A stretch of 52,218 nt of DNA, from assembly GCA_945877185.1 (NCBI GenBank), contig CAMCRD010000003.1, positions 1-52,218 on the forward strand. Reading direction: 5' to 3'. The notes beneath the pieces are model-generated. The model made no database searches and had not been told where the DNA came from. It worked only from the letters and a program-made list of their open reading frames with translations. Position numbers and translations under genes: made by a program. This document shows, piece by piece, positions 1 to 11,321 of this stretch (positions are counted from its first letter, which is position 1; each line of letters opens with the position of its first letter). This DNA is from Candidatus Finniella inopinata. GTDB taxonomy: Bacteria > Pseudomonadota > Alphaproteobacteria > Paracaedibacterales > VGCI01.

Positions 1-213
1 TTCAACATACACGACATAGATCAATTCCGAATTTCTTCGCAAATATTCTGGCTGGATTGCTGGCTTATATTTTTAAACCCAAAAAACCAACGGTTTCTTT
101 TGCCCAGACTATTACTCATAAATTTTTGCTTACGTCGAGCTGAGGTTAATTTACCCTGAGTAAATAAACCGTTCCATCATACAGCCGGTATTTCCCTTGG
201 AAAAATGCCATTT

Positions 214-1005
214 TTATGGCGCTTGATGGAGTGCAATTAAATAAGGAGAGGTAAGCCAGTTTTTGGGTATTTTAAGGCCATATCGTTCCAATATCCAAAA
301 GATTTTTGAACTAGCAGACAACCCATGACGAAGATACTTGTTTAAGGGATGATTTGAAAAAGAACCAGAGTTTACAATACTTAAGTTAATAGACATAAAA
401 TAATCGCATTCTTTTAAAGGAAGGTGCGCTTGGCTATGCGCATTAATGAGCTTTTTCTTGGTTAAAGGCATGTGAATGTCATAAATTTCACGGTCCACAA
501 GCTTCTGAATGAATCCTACCACACTTGGAATATTGGGTATAAGCGTTAATAAATGCCCACCTGGTTTCACAAAAGCCGCACAAGATTTTAAGCAGTCAGC
601 AGTATTTTCAAAGTGTTCAACCACCCCAAAGGAAACAACAAGATCGAATTTTCCGAGTAGTTCGGATGGAGGAGAAAACAAATCCGCGCAATAAATTTCA
701 CATGGAATTTTATGATGCTCTAAGAGAGCACGACTTTTCTCGCAGCCAACTTCCGAATAGTCCAAACCATAAACTTCAGCATCGAAATACTGATGAAAAT
801 AAACTGGCCATGTCGAATTTGCGCATCCGATTTCTAAAACGCTGAACCCTTTCTTATTACCTAGAACTTTTTGAAAATATTTATGAAGTTCTAGATTATA
901 ATGATTATCAAGGCTTTGATTTGTATGATCAAAAGGTTTTGGAAAATCAACTGTAGACCAATTATCATCCCAATAAGGAGTACCAGCTTTATCTATTTGT
1001 GTCAT
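214..1005 (-). CDS. Class I SAM-dependent methyltransferase
   Basis: Motif I VLEIGCANS, GLDYSE, FDLVVSFGVVEHF, VKPGG. Start placed at the ATG at 1005 (MTQIDK), overlapping the upstream gene end. Confidence 0.85.
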   Translation of the reverse strand: MTQIDKAGTPYWDDNWSTVDFPKPFDHTNQSLDNHYNLELHKYFQKVLGNKKGFSVLEIGCANSTWPVYFHQYFDAEVYGLDYSEVGCEKSRALLEHHKIPCEIYCADLFSPPSELLGKFDLVVSFGVVEHFENTADCLKSCAAFVKPGGHLLTLIPNIPSVVGFIQKLVDREIYDIHMPLTKKKLINAHSQAHLPLKECDYFMSINLSIVNSGSFSNHPLNKYLRHGLSASSKIFWILERYGLKIPKNWLTSPYLIALHQAP

Positions 1006-2203
1006 CTTTTGTGACCTTTTGTATGATTCCATCAAGAATTCCACCTACATACTCGGGAGAATGATATTTTTTAACGTATTCCAACGATTTCTGTCCTATT
1101 CTTGTACGGTCTTCAGCAGACATTTTCATTAAGTACAAAATCTTATCCTTAATATTATCAATATTTGCATTGATAATAGGGCACTCCTTCCAAGGCCTAT
1201 AAAGCGCCTTTAAATCATCTCGCAGATAACAAATGACGGGCTTACCCAAACTCATTGCTTCAATCGCGAGACGGCCGTATGCGCCAGCTAATAACTGATC
1301 AAAAACAATATCAGCTTTACCCATTTCATTCATTACTTGGGTATTGTGAACATTCTTTAAAATAACTAATGAGCACTTCTGTCCGTCCTTGTTGATTTTA
1401 TTTACCGCTTCTTCCAAAAAAGATACACCTTTTAAATGAGCATGGTTTGTCGCGTGAAAGATTTTAAAGATGGTATTTTTTTTGGGAGGTAAAATTGGAT
1501 GTTTTTGTACGTTCGCACAACGCATGTGTAAATAGATAACATTGTTACGATTTAAATAATCAGAATATTCCACAGAAGCAATTATTTTATCAGCATGATT
1601 TTCGCAGTATCTGTTATTACGCTCAACATCTTTACTTTTAATTTTCGAGTAATAAGAATCCATAGCCCAGGCTTTCAATATTAATTTTTGAGTTTTATCC
1701 TGGGAATTTTCCCATACTTTTGGGTTATGAATGTCGCCACCATAGGGGTTGAGAATAATAATCTTATTGGCGAAATGTAACAGTTGGAATTCAAACCATT
1801 TCAAATAGGCTGTTCGATCTAAAAGTCTATTTCTAAAAGGCATTAAATAAATATCAAAATTGAACAAAGACCATATAAAAAAACCATATATTAAAAGCTG
1901 TTGCCCAAAAAAATTTGCATACATTCTAGGAAACAATGATTTTATATCTAAATCATATTTGATAACATTTCTTTCATGATCAGGTATGATCCATGGAATA
2001 CATTGGACATGGTAGCCACGTTTCTTTAAAGAGTCTGCCACATAAACTAAATTATTATTTGACATGAGTCCCAAGAAAACGCGTTTTTTTGATTTTTTTT
2101 CATATAATATAGAGATTAAAGTTGCAGGAAATATAAAAAATATCGCAATAGTATCAAAAATTATTTTTATGGATATTTGAATGTATATTTTCATGGAATT
2201 CAC
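989..2203 (-). CDS. Glycosyltransferase (GT-B, GT4-like)
   Basis: C-terminal HATNHAHLKG and ADIVFDQL..GAYGRLAIEAMSLGKPVI motifs; hydrophobic N-terminus. GTG at 2203 forms a GTGA overlap with the wbqC stop (ATG at 2194 is an alternative). Confidence 0.8.
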   Translation of the reverse strand: MNSMKIYIQISIKIIFDTIAIFFIFPATLISILYEKKSKKRVFLGLMSNNNLVYVADSLKKRGYHVQCIPWIIPDHERNVIKYDLDIKSLFPRMYANFFGQQLLIYGFFIWSLFNFDIYLMPFRNRLLDRTAYLKWFEFQLLHFANKIIILNPYGGDIHNPKVWENSQDKTQKLILKAWAMDSYYSKIKSKDVERNNRYCENHADKIIASVEYSDYLNRNNVIYLHMRCANVQKHPILPPKKNTIFKIFHATNHAHLKGVSFLEEAVNKINKDGQKCSLVILKNVHNTQVMNEMGKADIVFDQLLAGAYGRLAIEAMSLGKPVICYLRDDLKALYRPWKECPIINANIDNIKDKILYLMKMSAEDRTRIGQKSLEYVKKYHSPEYVGGILDGIIQKVTKDDTNR

Positions 2204-2871
2204 ATAAATGGATTTTTGTAACCGTGGCATGCTAAATAATCTAAAATGGAAGGCTTACATATGGTATTTGTGGAAATCGATTGATAATTAAAAGTTGGAT
2301 AATTTATATAAGAGAGGCTTATTCTTTTGTCTGAAAAAAAACCTTCATTTTGGTAATTTCTTGCCCCATTACCTGAGAGATATTCATTGCCTCCCACGGA
2401 CTTGACGAGATCAATAATTCTTTCTTCTCCCGAAGTTGTAAGGTTATAAGTAGAAGAAAATTCTATTCTTTTTTGAGGAAACCACTTGCTAATAAGAAGT
2501 TTCAGAAAATCACAATTCACATCAATTAATTTTGTGTAATTCCTGATATTCTCTAAAATAAATAACATTTCAGGTATGTCTTTATAATGAGCGGATTTAT
2601 TATAAAATCCCTTTACGGTTTTGTGCAAATTGTTTATGTGTTCGTTTTTAAAAATGTCAACATCCTTTATTAAATCTTTTAAGTGAGGTTTTTTTATAGG
2701 TACGGTAAGCCATTGTTTCCCACTATTAGATAAAATTTGGGTTCTATTTATGTGTGAATTTTTCGTATACTGAACATCATCCAATATAACAAAAACATCA
2801 CATAAGTGAATTTTGTAAAAATAACCAAGCCAAGGGAGAAAATTTGGCTGATGTATTGCAACTTTAGTCAC
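2200..2871 (-). CDS. wbqC: WbqC-family protein
   Basis: Signatures AIHQPNFLPWLGYF, FVILDDVQY, NRT, YLSG.GA..Y, SILD. Start moved to the GTG at 2871. Confidence 0.9.
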   Translation of the reverse strand: MTKVAIHQPNFLPWLGYFYKIHLCDVFVILDDVQYTKNSHINRTQILSNSGKQWLTVPIKKPHLKDLIKDVDIFKNEHINNLHKTVKGFYNKSAHYKDIPEMLFILENIRNYTKLIDVNCDFLKLLISKWFPQKRIEFSSTYNLTTSGEERIIDLVKSVGGNEYLSGNGARNYQNEGFFSDKRISLSYINYPTFNYQSISTNTICKPSILDYLACHGYKNPFM

Positions 2872-3310
2872 TTTTAAGCACACATCCCATAAAGAGTGAT
2901 TTTTCTTCATCATAAATTCTAAAGAAGTCCATTTTTTGATAGAAGGCTTCAGTAAATTCATTGTTTTTATCTATTTTTAGAGATAGAAGTTTATAACTAA
3001 TCTTTAAATCAGCAATTAAATTTTTTAGAAAAGTTGATCCTAACCCTTTGTTTCTATGCAAAGGATTTATGACAAACCGATGTAAATGGACGCAATTAAC
3101 TGTTTTTTCAGATAAAATAGCGTATCCCATGAGTTGGTCATCTTTTATCATAATTTTTGATAGTTTCCATTTCTTTAAAAGGTCTCTTTGAAAATTAGTT
3201 ATATCCCAGATTAACGCTAATCCAGAGGTTTTCTCTAAATGCTCAAATTGAAGCCATTCACGGTATATAAAAGCAGGAGATATGCTAATGATTTGAAAAT
3301 CTTTCATCAA
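2864..3310 (-). CDS. GNAT-family N-acyltransferase
   Basis: Acetyl-CoA motif A V.P.HRNKGLGS and N..TEAFYQKMDF; 148 aa. Confidence 0.85.
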   Translation of the reverse strand: MMKDFQIISISPAFIYREWLQFEHLEKTSGLALIWDITNFQRDLLKKWKLSKIMIKDDQLMGYAILSEKTVNCVHLHRFVINPLHRNKGLGSTFLKNLIADLKISYKLLSLKIDKNNEFTEAFYQKMDFFRIYDEEKSLFMGCVLKSD

Positions 3311-3948
3311 TAATACTCACGGATCACTTCAAAAGCTTCAGCGAAGTCCAAAGAGCTTTGGCAACCGCGAACCCGAGCAAGACCTGTAATAAAATCTTTA
3401 TCAAAGTAAGGGCGTGATAAAGAAATCTGACTTTTATAAAAAGATAGGGCATGCAGCTTTTTATCTACTATTTCTTGAGTCAACGAAACATAAACGATCC
3501 CATTAAATTGCATTTGATTCCAAGGAAGCTCGTAGCACCAAATATTATGAAATTTAAAGGAACGTGCGGACTCATTATGAACCACCTGATGATCCTGATG
3601 AATATCATTTTTAGAGGGTATTATAATTAAATCAGGACGAATCTTATTTCTAAGCTCTATGAGCTTATCTAATATGTTTTGCCGATGAGCTGAAAATTCC
3701 CTTAAGGGAAAATCATATATAAAGCGAGATTCTTTTGGAACCCCAGCATAGTCCATCGATTGGTTAAATTCTTCTTCCAATTGGTTGGGAGGCAAACCAT
3801 GCGATTGCAGCGACTCTCGTGCCAAAGAGAAAACCGCAATGTAAACATCTTTTTTCTCTTCCAAAAACCTTATTAAGGTTCCACCTGCACCTAATTCAAC
3901 ATCATCTGTGTGGGGAGATATAAATAAAACCTTATTGAAACTTTTCAT
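3307..3948 (-). CDS. PIG-L/LmbE-family de-N-acetylase
   Basis: SPHTDDVELGAGG and DIHQDH metal motifs; C-terminal AEAF. Confidence 0.9.
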   Translation of the reverse strand: MKSFNKVLFISPHTDDVELGAGGTLIRFLEEKKDVYIAVFSLARESLQSHGLPPNQLEEEFNQSMDYAGVPKESRFIYDFPLREFSAHRQNILDKLIELRNKIRPDLIIIPSKNDIHQDHQVVHNESARSFKFHNIWCYELPWNQMQFNGIVYVSLTQEIVDKKLHALSFYKSQISLSRPYFDKDFITGLARVRGCQSSLDFAEAFEVIREYY

Positions 3949-5098
3949 GCAATACCCCACAAATATAATTTAATTGGCTCAATTCCACATGCCCACTCAT
4001 AGGCAAGCTCAGTACATCCTTGGCAAGGGCCTCACAGACGGGTAAAGCACCTCTCGATGATTCAAAGTAATGACGGTAAGCTGTTTGTTCATGTAGGGGC
4101 TTGGTATAGTAAACCATGGTTGGAATGCCAGCTTCTTTAAGATCGGCCATGAGCTTTGCACGATTAACCTCGCGCGGTAATCGAATGGTATATTGCGCCC
4201 AAGCAGATGTTGTGTCCGCGATGACCAAGGGCACTTGGACAATATCTTTTAAGTGGGCATTGTAGGTATCCGCGATTTGCTGACGCGTAATAAGCTCTTC
4301 CGGGAATATTTTAATTTTCTCTATGAGAATGGCAGCTTGGATCGTATCTAAACGTCCATTCATGCCGATGCGGACGTTATCGTACTTATCTGAGCCTTGC
4401 CCATGAACTCTCAAGCTTTTAACAATACTTGCCAGCTCATCATCATTTGTAAAGATGGCGCCACCATCCCCATAACAACCTAAAGGTTTTGCAGGAAAGA
4501 AGCTTGTTATAGCGAGATCACCTATATTGCCGACTTTACGACCCTTATAAGAAGCTCCAAAGCTCTGAGCGCCATCCGCAATTACCCATAGGTTATAGGT
4601 ATCAGCAACGGCTTGGATGGCATCATAATCAGCGGGTTGTCCGAATAAATCAACAGGAATAATCCCGACGGGGTGAAGGCCGACCTTTTTTGCAGTTTGG
4701 ATCCCAAGTTCCAAGTTTTTCGGGTCGATATTATAGGTGCCTGGCAAAGAATCAATAAAAACAGGGGTCGCTCCCATCCAGGCAACAACCTCCGCCGTTG
4801 CTGCAAAAGTAAAACTTGGGACAAAAACAGCATCTCCCACACCAACGTTCTTCGCCAACAATCCAAGCGCCAGTGCATCCGTTCCATTTGCACAAGAAAT
4901 GGCATGTTTTACGCCACAAAATGTAGCCAACTGCTTTTCAAGTTCAAAAACCTCTGGGCCCATAATGTATGCCCCATGGTCTAAAACACGTTTTATAGCG
5001 GCATCAATTTCGGGACGAATACGATCCTGTTGAGCTTTTAAGTCAACAAACTGAATTGGCTTTAATATCGATTCAGGCTGTTTTGCGGCTTGTATCAT
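3932..5098 (-). CDS. wbpE: DegT/DnrJ/EryC1/StrS aminotransferase, WbpE-like (UDP-3-keto-GlcNAcA aminotransferase)
   Basis: [27 protein letters not shown] lysine motif [25 protein letters not shown]; adjacent to the wbpB-wbpD fusion. Confidence 0.85.
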   Translation of the reverse strand: MIQAAKQPESILKPIQFVDLKAQQDRIRPEIDAAIKRVLDHGAYIMGPEVFELEKQLATFCGVKHAISCANGTDALALGLLAKNVGVGDAVFVPSFTFAATAEVVAWMGATPVFIDSLPGTYNIDPKNLELGIQTAKKVGLHPVGIIPVDLFGQPADYDAIQAVADTYNLWVIADGAQSFGASYKGRKVGNIGDLAITSFFPAKPLGCYGDGGAIFTNDDELASIVKSLRVHGQGSDKYDNVRIGMNGRLDTIQAAILIEKIKIFPEELITRQQIADTYNAHLKDIVQVPLVIADTTSAWAQYTIRLPREVNRAKLMADLKEAGIPTMVYYTKPLHEQTAYRHYFESSRGALPVCEALAKDVLSLPMSGHVELSQLNYICGVLHEKFQ

Positions 5099-6647
5099 TT
5101 TTAGTAATCTCAGTTAAGTTATTATCTTCATTGATTTGATAACGGCGTCCCTCTCTCGGGCAAATTAAGTCATCTCCTAATTTTTCTCCTGCATGGCTTA
5201 CCCAACCAATTTGTTTTGCTGGGTTGCCGACCATAAGGGCATGGGGTTTTATGTTTTTTGTAACAACAGCTCCTGCACCAATGAGAGAGTAAGCCCCTAA
5301 ACGGTTACCGCAAACAATGGTTGCATTCGCCCCAATCGTCACACCTCGTTCAACGTGCGTAATTTGGAATTCATCTTTACGTTCGATTCTGGCACGAGGA
5401 GTATGCACATTGGTAAACACACAAGAGGGGCCGCAAAAAACGCCTTCTTCCAAAATAACGCCCTTATACAGGCTAACATTATTTTGAATTTTGCAGTGGT
5501 TCCCCACGACAGCATCTGGGCCAATCATCACATTTTGACCAATTACACAATTTTTCCCAATCTTACTCCCTTTAAGGATATGGGAAAAATGCCATATTTT
5601 TGTTCCTTGACCAATATCACAACCTGCATCAGCCAATGCGGTCTCATGACAGAAATAAGGCAAAGTCTCACAACGTAATGTAATGGTTTTTCTACTATGT
5701 AACGATTGTTGAGCTGCCTCAAGAATCTGCAAAACACGCAGACCTTCCGCCCCATCGGTATGAGGCTGGGATTGATTTTGAATACAATCAAGAAAGTGTT
5801 GGCATTCTAGTTTTAAGGGTTCAGAATTTTCTAAAGAAACACCCACAACATCAGCTTTTCCTGGTTGGGGTAGCCCATTCACCCAAGTCACTTGATGGGG
5901 ATAAAGTTTAAGTTTTTCGTTCCACGGTAATCCATCATCGAATACAGCCATGCCACGATCACCAACAACAACAAGCTTTTGCTCCTTATAAGGGTGCAGC
6001 CAGGATACAAATATATGAGCATGAACGCCATTTTTAAATGACAGATGGGTCGTAGTGACATCATGAATACGTGGGTTAAGATGGCAAGCACCTGTTGCAT
6101 AAACTGTTTCAGGTAATTCACCAACCAAACCCAAAATCATCGAAATATCATGGGGAGCAAAGCTCCAAAGAATGTTTTCTTCATTACGAAACTTCCCCAA
6201 GCTCAAGCGATTTGAGTAGATATATTGAAGGCGCCCAAGGTTACCTTTTGCAATCAGTTGTTTTAATTCCCAAAAAGCCGGGTGGTATTGGAGTAAATGT
6301 CCAACCATCAAAGTACGATCTACTTGAAGGGCGAGATCACAAAGTTTTTGAGCTTCTTCAATCTTTAAAGATAAAGGCTTTTCAACAAACACATGTTTTC
6401 CAGCCTTTAAACTTTCTTGTGCCAGGGTATAGTGCTGTTCAGCGGGCGCTGCAATCACGACCCCATCGACACTACTCTTCAGAACCTGCTCCAGACTTAA
6501 AGAAGGAACCTGGTACTGCTCAGATGCGGCTTTAGCCAGTTCTTGAATCACATCGCAGACAGAAGATAAAGCACCGAGTTCTGAAAAATTCCGGACAAGG
6601 TTTTTTCCCCAATAGCCGCAACCAATAACAGATATTTTAGTGTTCAT
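5073..6647 (-). CDS. Fused Gfo/Idh/MocA C3-dehydrogenase (WbpB-like) and hexapeptide N-acetyltransferase (WbpD-like)
   Basis: N-terminal [23 protein letters not shown]-terminal left-handed beta-helix [13 protein letters not shown]...KIQNNVS...VFTN...GANATIVCG...GNPA. Confidence 0.9.
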   Translation of the reverse strand: MNTKISVIGCGYWGKNLVRNFSELGALSSVCDVIQELAKAASEQYQVPSLSLEQVLKSSVDGVVIAAPAEQHYTLAQESLKAGKHVFVEKPLSLKIEEAQKLCDLALQVDRTLMVGHLLQYHPAFWELKQLIAKGNLGRLQYIYSNRLSLGKFRNEENILWSFAPHDISMILGLVGELPETVYATGACHLNPRIHDVTTTHLSFKNGVHAHIFVSWLHPYKEQKLVVVGDRGMAVFDDGLPWNEKLKLYPHQVTWVNGLPQPGKADVVGVSLENSEPLKLECQHFLDCIQNQSQPHTDGAEGLRVLQILEAAQQSLHSRKTITLRCETLPYFCHETALADAGCDIGQGTKIWHFSHILKGSKIGKNCVIGQNVMIGPDAVVGNHCKIQNNVSLYKGVILEEGVFCGPSCVFTNVHTPRARIERKDEFQITHVERGVTIGANATIVCGNRLGAYSLIGAGAVVTKNIKPHALMVGNPAKQIGWVSHAGEKLGDDLICPREGRRYQINEDNNLTEITKNDTSRKTA

Positions 6648-7788
6648 TTGATATCTTTTTCATAAAGTTTAAAAAATAGCGATAAACAGGCTTTAAATAT
6701 TTTCGTGATTTTTTGTGCCACAAAGTATTGTAAATATTAGGGTAATCCCTATAGAATTTAGGTTTTTCTTTTAGAATTTGTTCTAATCTCTGTTCATCGA
6801 TATTAAATTTTTTAGCTACATATTGTTTGAGGTAAGGCACCTCAGCCTCTTCTATAGGAGGTTTTTTGAGTTCGTTTAAGGCTTCAATTCTTGAAAGAAC
6901 GTCCGCGCAAACTAAATTGGAAAGATGGCCTTTACGCTTATCAAATCCGAATTTTGTTGGAAGGATATAACCTTGAAAAAACTTTGTATAAATTGACTCA
7001 TAGTGTTTTCCACCATAGTCTTTCCATTCCAATTCTTTTTGGATGATGCCTCTTGCTTGCGCAAGGTTAAATTTAAAAAAGTCAAATAGGGGCACCATAG
7101 AAATCCCCCGAATGCGCCTATAATAAAAGCGTTTTAGGGCATTTAGATGCGGAAATGTTTTCAGTTTCTTATTGCCGAATAATTTACTTAATCCCTTAAT
7201 ATAACGCCAATCTCCATGTCCTTGTGACCAAGCTGGAGGCATGATGCGTTCCGTCAGAAAGTTAGCGCCGCTTATAATGTGCTTAATATTATATTTAGAT
7301 GCAATTTCGTAAAGAGTAGCACCTATTGCGTGGTCTGTTGGAATTTCAGAATCTGGCGTTGAGGCGCATAGAAATGCTAATTGTAAATCACGAAACTCAT
7401 CCCAATCTAGGATTTTTGTAAACAAATCAATATCAAGTTTCTTAATAATGTTCTCAACATTTTTTACGGACAATTCAGAATTCCATCCATTATCCATGTG
7501 AACAGCGATAGGCCGTAATCCCAAGATTTTTTTTACAACATAAGCCACATATGTGCTATCGACGCCCCCGCTCAAACCAATTACACAATCATATGGTTTT
7601 CCTTGTCCATCTTTTTTAATCTTATTAATAAGATTGCTAAGAAGATTGCTTGAATCTGGATGAAAGATGGGAAGCTTTGGTAAATCTTCGATATATGAGG
7701 TGCAATGATTGCAGATCCCTTTGTCATCAAACACGATATCTGGATCTGTCGCATCCATAACACAAAAATTACAAATTTTAACTGACAT
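6637..7788 (-). CDS. N-acetyl sugar amidotransferase (WbpG/WbuX-like, PP-loop)
   Basis: N-terminal CxxC...CxxC, PP-loop [29 protein letters not shown]. Confidence 0.9.
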   Translation of the reverse strand: MSVKICNFCVMDATDPDIVFDDKGICNHCTSYIEDLPKLPIFHPDSSNLLSNLINKIKKDGQGKPYDCVIGLSGGVDSTYVAYVVKKILGLRPIAVHMDNGWNSELSVKNVENIIKKLDIDLFTKILDWDEFRDLQLAFLCASTPDSEIPTDHAIGATLYEIASKYNIKHIISGANFLTERIMPPAWSQGHGDWRYIKGLSKLFGNKKLKTFPHLNALKRFYYRRIRGISMVPLFDFFKFNLAQARGIIQKELEWKDYGGKHYESIYTKFFQGYILPTKFGFDKRKGHLSNLVCADVLSRIEALNELKKPPIEEAEVPYLKQYVAKKFNIDEQRLEQILKEKPKFYRDYPNIYNTLWHKKSRKYLKPVYRYFLNFMKKISNEH

Positions 7789-7797
7789 GGTTTTCCT

Positions 7798-8523
7798 TTA
7801 ATATTGAATAAGCACAGCTTTATGAGACCCCTGATAGATAAACGTGCTTCCAGCAGCAGCTGAATGAGCCCCTTTCTGAATTGCTTCAAGAAAGTCTTGC
7901 GGATAACGGGCGCCTCCACAAAGCACTATCGGGATATTAATTTTATTTTTAATTTTTTCTAGTAAAGTGTAATCAAAACCAGAAAAATGTCCATCATTAT
8001 TAATGTTATGAAGTATAATTTCTCCACAATTAACATTTTTAATAATGTTGGCGATATTATCAATCAAAATTTTTACCTTTTCTTGACCGCCATTTTTATA
8101 GAATCTATACCTCTGAAAAAAGTTTAACTTATAATCCAATGAAAATGAAACAGCTTGGGAGCCATAACGCTGAGATATTTTTGCAACTTCTTCAGAGTTT
8201 TCAAAAGCAAGGGAATTAACAATAATTTTTTCTGCGCCGAAACCAATTATTTTTTGTGCATCCTCGACATTACGAATGCCACCTCCATAACCAACAGGCA
8301 TTTGACATTCAGATAAAAGCATCTCAATAAACTCAAAATCAGGCTTTTTGTCCAATGCATTTGGTGTAATGTCCATAATGATAAGCTCATCAACTTCTTT
8401 ATCATTGAAAATCTTGACGATATTCAAGGGATCGCCAACATAGGACGGCTTTTTAAAGCCGACTGTTTTAACCAGCCGCCTATTGAGAATTTGTAAAACA
8501 GGGATACGTCGAGGTGCGAGCAT
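7798..8523 (-). CDS. hisF: HisF-like cyclase-fold subunit for sugar amidation (WbuZ/AglZ-like)
   Basis: LVKT..F..P.YVGDP.N.VKIFN.KEVDEL, YGGGI, AAAGSTF, AVLIQY. The ATG at 8523 overlaps the upstream TAA. Confidence 0.85.
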   Translation of the reverse strand: MLAPRRIPVLQILNRRLVKTVGFKKPSYVGDPLNIVKIFNDKEVDELIIMDITPNALDKKPDFEFIEMLLSECQMPVGYGGGIRNVEDAQKIIGFGAEKIIVNSLAFENSEEVAKISQRYGSQAVSFSLDYKLNFFQRYRFYKNGGQEKVKILIDNIANIIKNVNCGEIILHNINNDGHFSGFDYTLLEKIKNKINIPIVLCGGARYPQDFLEAIQKGAHSAAAGSTFIYQGSHKAVLIQY

Positions 8524-9161
8524 TATATCGTACAAAAATTCTTCAAGAGTTGTAATCCTTGGCTATAGCTTTTCTCGGGATGAAATTGTATTGCCGTTAC
8601 GGATTCATTGCTGATGATAACTGGAAATTGGCAGCCATAATCAACAAAAGCAAGAGAGTGATCTGATTTGGGAAAATGATAGGAATGTGAAAAATAAAAC
8701 CTTTTCTCCAAATTAACATGGGTCAGAAGGTTGGGTTTTGGGTGGGACGGATTGGCTTCCATACGATTCCAACCTAAGTGGGGTATCTTTATGTTGCCAC
8801 CCGGCTTAATCTTCTTCACCAAGCCTTCAAGAAGGCCCAATCCTTCTTCATTCCCTTCTTCACTTCCCTCAAAGAGTATTTGGGCTCCTGCACAAATCCC
8901 TAATATTTTTTTGTTTTCTAACTTTTCAGGGTTTTTAAGATAATCCCAGAAGCCTGTCTTTTTTAAAGCATGAACGCAAGTATCAAATGAACTAACACCA
9001 GGTAAAATTATTTTATCGATTTGTTCATTTATTTCTTTGGGATGGTGTGACACTTCAAAAAGTGTCCCCAGTCTTTTGAATGCAGAGATCACGGACCCTT
9101 TATTGCATTGGCCATAATCGATAATTTGTATTTTATCCATGGTGAGTGCGGGAATATTCAT
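8523..9161 (-). CDS. hisH: HisH-like class I glutamine amidotransferase (WbuY-like)
   Basis: IIDYG, LPGV, catalytic GICAGAQ, PHLGWN, QFHPEKS. Confidence 0.9.
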   Translation of the reverse strand: MNIPALTMDKIQIIDYGQCNKGSVISAFKRLGTLFEVSHHPKEINEQIDKIILPGVSSFDTCVHALKKTGFWDYLKNPEKLENKKILGICAGAQILFEGSEEGNEEGLGLLEGLVKKIKPGGNIKIPHLGWNRMEANPSHPKPNLLTHVNLEKRFYFSHSYHFPKSDHSLAFVDYGCQFPVIISNESVTAIQFHPEKSYSQGLQLLKNFCTI

Positions 9162-10687
9162 TGTACGATACTAATTTTCTCTAATAAATTTTCGACAGAC
9201 CTGATTGGTTCTGCAAGATCCAGCCTTTTTTTATCTGGGATAAAATTTTTGATGTATTGAATAATCGATTGTTTATCCACAATAATGATACCATCTCCAT
9301 TTTTAAGAAATTGGGGATGCTCACTTTGAACCAAGTCGGATATGAAAAGGGTTTTAAGGCCAAAAAATTTGGCTTCCAAGCATGTACTTGAGCGGACGGT
9401 TATATGCAAATCCATATTTCTTAATAATGCGCCTAAGGGCAACCTTGAGCTTTCCTGTATTTCGACTTGATTACTTTTGAGGGAAAGGATCTTATCGAGT
9501 CCTTCCGTCTTATTACCAAAAACGGTCGTCGGGTGATTCCGAATCCACCACCGAACGTTACCAAAATCGTGTTGAATGACTTGTGCAAGGGTGTCCCAGT
9601 AGGCTTGAAAAGCCATAACGGGTTGCAAGGTTACAAGAATATCGATAACATTCTTGTTTGCGGACATCTTTTGTTTGAGAGATTCTATTTTTTTATCATA
9701 GCCTTGTACGGTCTTGTTTTTGGAAAGCCAAAACTCAACTGTCGGGTTTCCTCCCACAAAAGCACGATGGGCTACGTGCGTTTTGCTTCCCCACTTTTCA
9801 ATCTCAAGGGCATCTTCCTGACTCCATGTCCAGAATAGGGAAGGAAGTTCAGGATAGCCGTGTGCTGGAACTTGTTGCCAGTGATTATAGGCGTCATGAA
9901 TACCCCCTTGGGTTCCATGTTGAATTTCTACGGTCGGAATCCCAAGCTTTTTGCAGGCCCTATTAAAGGCAAATCCCAAATCATGGTAGTAAGAGATAAT
10001 CATAGCAATTGAAGGGTTTATGTGGTTTAGAATTAGAGAAAAAACCTTCTCAATTAAAGAAATCTTATAAGATTTAAAGAATATTTCCTTATAAGAAAAA
10101 TATTGCAGGGGAATCTTGTGACGATTCAAAATTTCTATAAATGTATCATAATCTTCAAGATGAATCCTTTTGAATGGGAACCGAATTCGTAAAGAGGTCA
10201 ATATTTCAGCCCCAGTTCCAATAATTGATATATTGTACAGTGGGCTTTTAAGGGGCTTTAAGGAAATCTCAAAAGGAGAAATCGAGAGAGCTCTATATCC
10301 TTGATCATTCAATTGGTCTTCAATAAGCCGAAAAAATTTATCTGACCAAATATCATCAATGCAATCTAAAGAACAGCCATCACTAAATAAAACCGCGTCA
10401 TGCTGTTTTAAAATTCTTCTGAAGGGAAAGTTGTAAAACCCTTTACAAAATTGCAGAATTTTTGAAAAAGACCTGTTTGCCAAGGAAGTATCGCTTTGGT
10501 GGAAAAAGATTTGTTTCATAGATTTTTGGCGACCAGCTTCAAAGATAATAGGACGTAATTGCAACCTTAAAATGGGCCAGATATAAACACCATTGATGAC
10601 CCAATCTTTAACAGGCACTTTGCTTTCAATTTCATGAATAATTGAAAAAATATAATCTGAAGAAAGATTTTCGATATGACTACTCAT
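9158..10687 (-). CDS. Putative GT-B glycosyltransferase (possible ulosonic-acid transferase)
   Basis: GIPTVEIQHG, VGGNP, IRNHP, HITVRSSTCLEA motifs typical of sialyl/Kdo-transferase-like GT-B proteins; lies within the NeuAB module. Confidence 0.55.
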   Translation of the reverse strand: MSSHIENLSSDYIFSIIHEIESKVPVKDWVINGVYIWPILRLQLRPIIFEAGRQKSMKQIFFHQSDTSLANRSFSKILQFCKGFYNFPFRRILKQHDAVLFSDGCSLDCIDDIWSDKFFRLIEDQLNDQGYRALSISPFEISLKPLKSPLYNISIIGTGAEILTSLRIRFPFKRIHLEDYDTFIEILNRHKIPLQYFSYKEIFFKSYKISLIEKVFSLILNHINPSIAMIISYYHDLGFAFNRACKKLGIPTVEIQHGTQGGIHDAYNHWQQVPAHGYPELPSLFWTWSQEDALEIEKWGSKTHVAHRAFVGGNPTVEFWLSKNKTVQGYDKKIESLKQKMSANKNVIDILVTLQPVMAFQAYWDTLAQVIQHDFGNVRWWIRNHPTTVFGNKTEGLDKILSLKSNQVEIQESSRLPLGALLRNMDLHITVRSSTCLEAKFFGLKTLFISDLVQSEHPQFLKNGDGIIIVDKQSIIQYIKNFIPDKKRLDLAEPIRSVENLLEKISIVQ

Positions 10688-10693
10688 TGGTTA

Positions 10694-11320
10694 TTAAAGT
10701 ACCATAAAATTTTTTAAGAGGGTTAAACCGCTATCTCGACTTTTTTCAGGATGGAACTGGCAACCAAAAACATTATCTTTTTCAACCAAGGCCGTTATAG
10801 GATAATCTTCGTAGCTTGCCAGGCATGATTTTGCTGATGAATCTTGTATATTTGAGTTATAAGAATGAACAAAATAAAATGCTTCTTCTGGCTCTATATT
10901 TTTTAAGAGTTGACCCCTAGAGGACTCGTTTATAGAGCGCCAGCCAATGTGAGGAACCTTTAGCCTTTTTCCATCCCATAGGGTGGGAATGGGATCAACA
11001 GTACCAGAAATGATGCCAAGCCCTTTAGATTCTCCCCCCTCAAAGCTCTTGCTCATGAGAAGTTGCATGCCAACACAAATACCTAAAAAGGGGCGTCCAC
11101 TTTTTATAAACTCTAATATAGAGTCAATAAACTTTAAATCTTCTAAGGTATCTATGCACTTTTTAAAGGCCCCAACACCTGGAAGAACAAGGCGATCTGC
11201 ATCTTTAATCGCCTGTGGCGTTGAAACAAGCACCGGATCTGCACCAATGTGCTTAAAAGCCTTTTCAACACTATAGAGGTTGCCGATAGAATAATCCAAA
11301 ATAGCTACTTTTAAGGCCAT
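10694..11320 (-). CDS. hisH: HisH-like glutamine amidotransferase, second copy
   Basis: ILDYSIGNL, LPGVGAF, GICVGMQ, FYFVHSY, QFHPEKS. Confidence 0.9.
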   Translation of the reverse strand: MALKVAILDYSIGNLYSVEKAFKHIGADPVLVSTPQAIKDADRLVLPGVGAFKKCIDTLEDLKFIDSILEFIKSGRPFLGICVGMQLLMSKSFEGGESKGLGIISGTVDPIPTLWDGKRLKVPHIGWRSINESSRGQLLKNIEPEEAFYFVHSYNSNIQDSSAKSCLASYEDYPITALVEKDNVFGCQFHPEKSRDSGLTLLKNFMVL

Positions 11321-11321
11321 G

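Noticed and set aside
1-213. Further minus-strand gene at the left edge
   Set aside because: The ATG-initiated minus-strand frames I translated stop within about 35 codons, so no CDS can be supported.
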